64,000 nucleotides of DNA from an uncultured delta proteobacterium (GTDB taxonomy: Bacteria; Desulfobacterota; Binatia; Binatales; Binataceae), in contig CAVQEQ010000001.1 in assembly GCA_963711565.1 (NCBI GenBank), positions 256,001 to 320,000 of the forward strand, read 5' to 3'. The notes beneath the pieces were generated by a model. The model saw only the letters and a list, made by a program, of their open reading frames with translations. It did no database searches and was not told the origin of the DNA. Position numbers and translations under genes: made by a program. Every line of letters begins with the position of its first letter. Position 1 is the stretch's first letter. Shown here in pieces: positions 58,357 to 64,000 of this stretch.

Positions 58357-58872
58357 ATGAACAAGTGCATCACAACTCTCGCGGCAATCGCCTTCGTCGG
58401 CGCGATTAGCGCGACCGCCTTCGCCGGTCCCGTCGGCCGCTTCGACAACGGCTACCTCGACGAGCATCCCGAAGTCGCGGAGCAACTCGCCCACGATCCC
58501 CGGTTGGTGGACAACCCGCAGTTCCTGGCGACGCATCCGGGCCTCGACGACTACTTCGATCATCATCCGGAAGTTCGGACGGAATTGCAGAGTCATCCCG
58601 ACCGCTTCATGGCGCGCGAGGGCTACTACGACAACCACCATGAATGGCACTACGGACATCCGCTGGCGACTACCGATCACTACATGGACTCGCATCCCGA
58701 GGTAGCGCAGCAGTTGGAGAAGGATCCGGCGCTGGTCGACAATCGCGGATACGTCAACAGTCATCCAGGCCTGCACGAGTACTTGGAGAATCATCCAATA
58801 GCGCGCCACGACTGGAAGTCGCACCCGTTCCGCTACATGCACGCAGAGAATCGCTATGATCGTAATCACTAA
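58357..58872 (+). CDS. Secreted His/Pro-rich tandem-repeat protein
   Basis: AGGAG RBS, signal peptide, two copies of Y.D.HPEVA.QL..DP.LVDN..HPGL..Y...HP. Confidence 0.75.
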   Translation: MNKCITTLAAIAFVGAISATAFAGPVGRFDNGYLDEHPEVAEQLAHDPRLVDNPQFLATHPGLDDYFDHHPEVRTELQSHPDRFMAREGYYDNHHEWHYGHPLATTDHYMDSHPEVAQQLEKDPALVDNRGYVNSHPGLHEYLENHPIARHDWKSHPFRYMHAENRYDRNH

Positions 58873-58940
58873 GAGATAGGTCGTGGATTGAAGATCGGCG
58901 CCGAGCGATCTCGCGATCACTCGGCGCCACAGTCAGAAAA

Positions 58941-60851
58941 TCAATGTCCGGTGCTGGTAGGAATCGTAATCGACGGCGCGCCCGACACTAACTGCGAGGT
59001 ATTCACCAGAGACATCTGGTAGAGCTTGTACAGGTTGAAGAAGGCGCGCCGGTCTCGGTCGGCGAGCGGGGCCTGTGGGTGTGCCGGCACCCATACGTAC
59101 TCCTTGTCGCTATGAGTATCAGTGAACGACGCCGAAGTATCGGCCCATGAGGGTACGTCCTTGCCTATCCCAAAGTTGCTCCCGGGACACTTGCTCTCAA
59201 TTTCCGTCGGATCGATGGAATGGCAGGCCAGCTCGGCTAGCCGCTTCATAATCTCTAGGAGATTTCCGATTTTGATGAATCCACATACTATGCCGTTGGG
59301 TGGCGTGTCTTTGTCATCATCGCCAAAACATACGCTCTTGGCTACACTGTCGGTAACAACAGGATGCTTATCGTTCCGACGCAGTTCGACATAAAAAAAG
59401 TCTTTGGCAACCGGCCAGACCGCTTTAACCACGTCTTCTCCGTAGGAGAACTCATTGACGTCGCCGACGATGATCCGGCTGTTGCTGCCGGTGCTGGCCG
59501 GGACCGACATTCTGGCAGTCCCTCTATCCAATCGCACATCTGTGATCGTTGCACCCTGCGGTACGCCGTCCCCAGTTATCGAGCTACCGATGTCCTCGGC
59601 AACAAACCCACTAACTCCATGAATGACCGGGTCCCCAGCGGTGCGCAAGCCTCCGGCAAAATGAGGTGACTGATCTGTGGTTTTCTTCAGCATACAGTAT
59701 TGTTGTTTTGCATCACATCTCAATCTCCCGCTAATGTCGCGATCGAGGTCGTAACCATCAGGGATCAGCGCCCACAAGCCGAGGTTTTTCTCGTCGCCTC
59801 TAACAATTCTGTAGGACTTCCATGAATAACCTTTTGGCGTCGAATATACGAGTTCCGTTCCGCTGGGCGCGCGATACTGAATCTTAACGGGGGGGAGATC
59901 GCTCGGCTGCGAGTCAGCTTTGTGCGCGGCGACAAAGATGGGATCGTAGTCAAACCAGGCTGGTATTCGAGTCGGATTCCCTAACTCAAACTTGTCCCCG
60001 TTCTTCGTCCACTCGAAACCCGCCGTCAATGCAGTCGAGAGGTCTGCGGCTGCCGGATCGGTTGCTGCCGTCGAGGGTACCGGGTAGGTGCTGTCTATCA
60101 GTTGATAATTTGTTTTGCTTGTCACGATCTCGTTTACGCAGTCGCCAAACTTTGAGTAATCGCTGCCGTCGAGCTCAGCTTTCGCCACGGGTGGCAAGGC
60201 CCTCAAACCAACGTTGCTTTGAAGCTCGACCGCGCTGCGGTTCTCCTCAGGTTTGATCCTTCTATTGAGGTAGAACCCCTTATGACACATTCCATCTGGC
60301 TTCGTATCCGGGTCGCCGCTCATTATGTAGAGGCTCTGCGCGAACAGTGTAACTATCTCGTCTTGTTCTTCGATCGAGGAGACCCAACGTCGGTCCTCCA
60401 GAAAGAGAGTGAACTTGTCGGTTAGCGTCGATTCAAACCGATTTGCGAAGTCTTGTCCCTGAATAGGAACGAACTGAATGGTAGGGCTTTCAGTACCTGT
60501 TGCCATGAACGGCACGGACCAGGTGGCTGGATTGGCCCATGAAAATCCCGAAGTTCCCGTAAAGGTTCGTGACTGAGATACAGTTGCCAGCATCGTGAAG
60601 TGTGGCGGTTGGTACTGGCTTAAGCGACCGAGATTGAAGAGTAGCATCTTTTGCTCGCTCGCTATTGTCTGTTTGTTGTATTCTTGGATGTCATAGCGCA
60701 TGGTGGGCGGACCGAAGCAGCCCGCGAGAACCATCAACGCCAGTCCCGCAAGTACTTTCAGCCCCCTCCCGCCGGTCGGTGTTCGGACGAGATTCTCTGT
60801 TTGATGTGGCACCGCGGATTCCCCCCAATTGGTCATTGTCTCGCGGCACAT
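58941..60851 (-). CDS. Large hypothetical lipoprotein (AT-richer; start uncertain)
   Basis: 636-aa ORF with lipobox LAGC. Confidence 0.7.
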   Translation of the reverse strand: MCRETMTNWGESAVPHQTENLVRTPTGGRGLKVLAGLALMVLAGCFGPPTMRYDIQEYNKQTIASEQKMLLFNLGRLSQYQPPHFTMLATVSQSRTFTGTSGFSWANPATWSVPFMATGTESPTIQFVPIQGQDFANRFESTLTDKFTLFLEDRRWVSSIEEQDEIVTLFAQSLYIMSGDPDTKPDGMCHKGFYLNRRIKPEENRSAVELQSNVGLRALPPVAKAELDGSDYSKFGDCVNEIVTSKTNYQLIDSTYPVPSTAATDPAAADLSTALTAGFEWTKNGDKFELGNPTRIPAWFDYDPIFVAAHKADSQPSDLPPVKIQYRAPSGTELVYSTPKGYSWKSYRIVRGDEKNLGLWALIPDGYDLDRDISGRLRCDAKQQYCMLKKTTDQSPHFAGGLRTAGDPVIHGVSGFVAEDIGSSITGDGVPQGATITDVRLDRGTARMSVPASTGSNSRIIVGDVNEFSYGEDVVKAVWPVAKDFFYVELRRNDKHPVVTDSVAKSVCFGDDDKDTPPNGIVCGFIKIGNLLEIMKRLAELACHSIDPTEIESKCPGSNFGIGKDVPSWADTSASFTDTHSDKEYVWVPAHPQAPLADRDRRAFFNLYKLYQMSLVNTSQLVSGAPSITIPTSTGH

Positions 60852-60989
60852 AAGCTTTTGCGCGCGCGTAAGTCAACAACGAGTTACATTGGTTATCCAC
60901 TGGTTGCAGTAAACGATGGGATGGTGTTAGCGCGCCACTAGTTCCAACAGAGACGAAGTCGCGCATCTTTGCTTATTACTAAGGAGCAT

Positions 60990-61035
60990 GGGTACCCCTG
61001 CCCAAGGAAGCGTGAAACTCATCAAAGGGTTTCAC
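60990..61035 (+). repeat. Repeat family A, partial
   Basis: ACCCCTGCCCAAGGAAGCGTGAAAC..GGGTTTCAC. Confidence 0.75.
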
Positions 61036-61056
61036 CAACGTCAAATTCCTCGGTCC

Positions 61057-61551
61057 TCACGTCGTGCCCGGCGCTTCGTAGGCCATGTATCGCGATATTT
61101 TCCAACTGCCGTCGGGCTGAAGGCGGAAGATATCCATGCCAGGCTCGTGCGTCGTCTCGTTGGGGGCGCCATTTTTCGAGTGCACCGTCAGGGTCCATAC
61201 GAGCCTTACGACGGCGATGTCGCCCGAGACCATGATCTCCTTGATTTCCAGGTCGTAGTGATAGGTCTTGGCGGGGTCGCTCAACGCCATCTGCAAATTG
61301 GCGCATAAGGAGCTGTAAGAGTCTTGCGGCTGCCCTCGAAAATCTGAAATCAAGTCGGGCGCAAAAATCGAGCAAACCTGCGCGATGTCGCCGGAGTTGA
61401 AGTCCAGCTGCCACTTCTCCAACTCCATGCGGATCTGATTCTGCGCGGCTGCGGGATCGTCATTCGAGGCCGACACAAACTCGGCGAACAACAAAATCGC
61501 CAGTACGCCGGCCACGATCGCTCCAATCCGGATGCGTTTAATTCTCACCAT
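61057..61551 (-). CDS. SnoaL/DUF4440-like exported protein
   Basis: SGDIAVVR, DIFRLQPDGSWKI. Confidence 0.8.
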   Translation of the reverse strand: MVRIKRIRIGAIVAGVLAILLFAEFVSASNDDPAAAQNQIRMELEKWQLDFNSGDIAQVCSIFAPDLISDFRGQPQDSYSSLCANLQMALSDPAKTYHYDLEIKEIMVSGDIAVVRLVWTLTVHSKNGAPNETTHEPGMDIFRLQPDGSWKISRYMAYEAPGTT

Positions 61552-61867
61552 CCGACTTCTCCCCCTTCCTCAATCAACAAGCAAATTCGCGTATCTTTGG
61601 GCAAATTCGCGCCCTGCCATCTCCCGTCGCGCGCCGAGTCGAGGGGGGTCACCTCCGCGTTTCGCGCCGGTGTCTTCTTGTCTATCATGACGGGGCGGGC
61701 ACCTAACGTGAGCAAAGCCCCATGACCAGATTCGGCTGTGCTATGATTGAGGTGCGGACGGTTTGCAGATCGATCTGTCGCGCGCGCTCGCGGACGTCAA
61801 ATGAAACGACGCGCACGATGCAATTTTCCGGCCGCAGTTCGTTCAAAGAGTAAGGAGGGGTGATCAC

Positions 61868-62743
61868 ATGACGCCGCTCGACAAAAATAACGAGCCGCTC
61901 GACGCGATTTTGCGGTGGACGATGAGCGAGCGGCTCGGTCCGGCGACGCCCGAGTGCGCGGACGCGGAATCGCTGGCGGCATACAGCGAGCGCTCGCTGC
62001 CGGTGCCGGAGCGCGACCGTCTCGAAATTCATTTTGCCGACTGCATGCGATGCCGAGTGCTGTTAGCGGACATCGCTCGCGCCGGCGAGAGCGCGCGCGA
62101 GGCGAAGGCCTCGTCTGACGTCCCATGGTATCGAAAATGGCGCGGCGCGATTCCGGCGCTCGCGGCGGTCACCGCAATCGTCGTCTTCGTTTCGATGAGT
62201 CGTCCCGCGAACGCGCAGTCGAGGGCATTGGCGGCGCCACGCGCGGAAGCGATGGTTCCGGGCGCACAAGCGATGATCGCGCAAAACGAGGACAAGACTA
62301 ACGCGATGCAAACTTACGGCGCGGCAGATGCGAGCAGCGCGCCGGTCGCGGGCAGCGCTGCCGCCCCGAATGCTGGATACGCGATGCAGGCGGGAGTGCT
62401 GGCTACAATCCCGTCGTCTGATCGATCTGTTACGTGGATCGCCGGCAAGAACGGCACGATTCGAAGAGTTGACGCGAATGGCGGTAGTCGTTCGCAGCAG
62501 AGCGGCGTGAGCACCGACCTGGATGCGGGCGCGGCGCCGTCGTCGAGCGTGTGTTGGGTGGTAGGGCGCAGCGGAACGATCCTGCGCACCACGGACGGCG
62601 AACATTGGTCACCGGTCCCCGCACCCAGCACGGAAGATCTTGTGGCAGTGTCCGCGAGCAGCGCCAGCGATGCGACAGTCACAACGTCGAGCAGCAAGAC
62701 CTTCGCGACGTTCGACGGCGGCGCGACCTGGCATCAGCAGTGA
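61868..62743 (+). CDS. zf-HC2 anti-sigma-like protein with YCF48/BNR C-terminus
   Basis: HFADCMRC, TM helix, WVVGRSGTILRTTDGEHW, TFDGGATW. Confidence 0.8.
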   Translation: MTPLDKNNEPLDAILRWTMSERLGPATPECADAESLAAYSERSLPVPERDRLEIHFADCMRCRVLLADIARAGESAREAKASSDVPWYRKWRGAIPALAAVTAIVVFVSMSRPANAQSRALAAPRAEAMVPGAQAMIAQNEDKTNAMQTYGAADASSAPVAGSAAAPNAGYAMQAGVLATIPSSDRSVTWIAGKNGTIRRVDANGGSRSQQSGVSTDLDAGAAPSSSVCWVVGRSGTILRTTDGEHWSPVPAPSTEDLVAVSASSASDATVTTSSSKTFATFDGGATWHQQ

Positions 62744-62759
62744 GGCCGGGAACATAACC

Positions 62760-63005
62760 ATGAAGCCGCTCCACGCTGCCGCGCTCGCGCTTGGCGTCAT
62801 GTTGTCGTCATGCGGATACGTCCAGAGGGGACCATCACCGGAAGATGCGCGCTGGTCTGAAATCAAATATGAAGATTGCATGCGCACCTCTGATTACCCA
62901 AGTGAGTGTGCGAACGAGAAACACATCAGCGATTTCTTCACGTACCACCTCGCATTCAACTCCGAAGTCCTATGTCAGCCCGGAGCACGTACTCCAGAAA
63001 ATTAG
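62760..63005 (+). CDS. Small Cys-containing lipoprotein
   Basis: MKPLHAAALALGVMLSSC lipobox. Confidence 0.5.
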   Translation: MKPLHAAALALGVMLSSCGYVQRGPSPEDARWSEIKYEDCMRTSDYPSECANEKHISDFFTYHLAFNSEVLCQPGARTPEN

Positions 63006-63144
63006 AGCAGCGTCATCCCGTCCGCGATAGTTCATCCGCAAAGTAGCGTGTCGCCGGGCGGTCGAGGGTGCGCACACCGATGCTGAATGCCGGCGCCCTC
63101 ACCCGCGCCGGAGGCGCGTCCACTTCCGGGGGAGAGGTATGAGA

Positions 63145-63603
63145 TCACTTTTGCAGGTAGATCGTGTAGCCCTTGTGGCTGTGGGTCATGCCGAAGTTTT
63201 CGTAGAAATTGTGCGCTCGCGGGCGTTTGCGATTCGAGGTCAGCGACAGCTTGTAGCATCCCCGACGGCGCGCGACTTTGAGCGCGGCTTCCATCAGCAG
63301 GTCGCCGACTCCGGCGCCGCGACTCCGCGAATCGACCACCATATTTTCCAGAATCGCGGACGGCCTCAGGGTTCGCGCCAGATGTCTGAAAATCAGAATA
63401 TGATTCGTGCCGACAACGTGACCGTCCCGGACTGCCACGAGCAGGATCTCGTCGGGTCGTAGCAGGAGTGAGCGCATGGCGCGGCGCATCTTTGTGGCGC
63501 CGGGACTTTTGTAGTCGCCTTCGTGCAGCTGCCGATAGAGGTCTTCGATTTCGGATTCGTCACCCAAGCGCGCTCGACGAATCCGAACCTGCTTTCGTTT
63601 CAT
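63145..63603 (-). CDS. GNAT acetyltransferase
   Basis: ENMVV..RGAGVG, GCYKLSLTS...AHNFYE. Confidence 0.88.
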   Translation of the reverse strand: MKRKQVRIRRARLGDESEIEDLYRQLHEGDYKSPGATKMRRAMRSLLLRPDEILLVAVRDGHVVGTNHILIFRHLARTLRPSAILENMVVDSRSRGAGVGDLLMEAALKVARRRGCYKLSLTSNRKRPRAHNFYENFGMTHSHKGYTIYLQK

Positions 63604-63727
63604 CTCTATGACCCCAGGTTGGTCGGTCGATTCGAACTAACTTAACATGGGGCGAGGTAATACCGCGCCGCCGCCCCAAAAAAAGAACCTGAGAGCAAAA
63701 TGGCGTCCCCGCCATTTTGCGATTGAT

Positions 63728-63800
63728 ACTGGGTGCTGGGGTCACCCCCCGCGACGGTGTCGATGCCCAAGGAAGCGTGAAACCCAAGGATGGGTTTCAC
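63728..63800 (+). repeat. Repeat family A with internal insertion
   Basis: ACTGGGTGCTGGGGTCACCCC[insert]TGCCCAAGGAAGCGTGAAACCC..GGGTTTCAC. Confidence 0.75.
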
Positions 63801-64000
63801 GTTGAATATTGTGAGTTCCCTTCTCTCACTGGTGGCCGTGCTGGTTTTGGCTTGGCTGATACCCGTATAATGGTGCGATTCTTGGGTCTCATGGCGGTTT
63901 TATGCTCCATCAGGTGAGCGGTGCAGGCGGGTTGGGGGTGGTGGAACTGGTACTGGGCACCGGCCCGGTAGTCGCGGCAGTATTGTGGCTGCTGGTCGCG

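Overview
High-GC bacterial chromosomal segment. Gene style suggests Candidatus Binatia or a related delta-type soil lineage, but this is inference only. Most of the window is housekeeping: lexA, thiL, larB, ppdK, alpha2-type glyQS, glnB, plsY, tRNA-Pro(CGG), rpe, priA-hydrolase-def-fmt-rsmB, aroC-aroK-aroB, ileS-lspA and yifB/comM, with small accessory genes in between. Four things stand out. (1) A DUF559 (Vsr-like) endonuclease gene is bracketed by 75-bp hairpin-containing inverted repeats, and gene-less relatives of those repeats are scattered across the window, giving a candidate nuclease-plus-repeat mobile system. (2) At least three other dispersed palindromic repeat families are present; one has identical copies in-frame inside fmt and a luxC-like gene, and another flanks an orphan higA as direct repeats. 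(3) A translationally coupled luxE-like/luxC-like/class-III aminotransferase trio has no luciferase, suggesting an acid-to-aldehyde-to-amine route. (4) Smaller oddities are a T-loop-less PII copy, a probable ATC start for fmt, a perfect parS-type palindrome and a candidate LexA operator. All protein family calls come from motif recognition by eye; no database searches were run.
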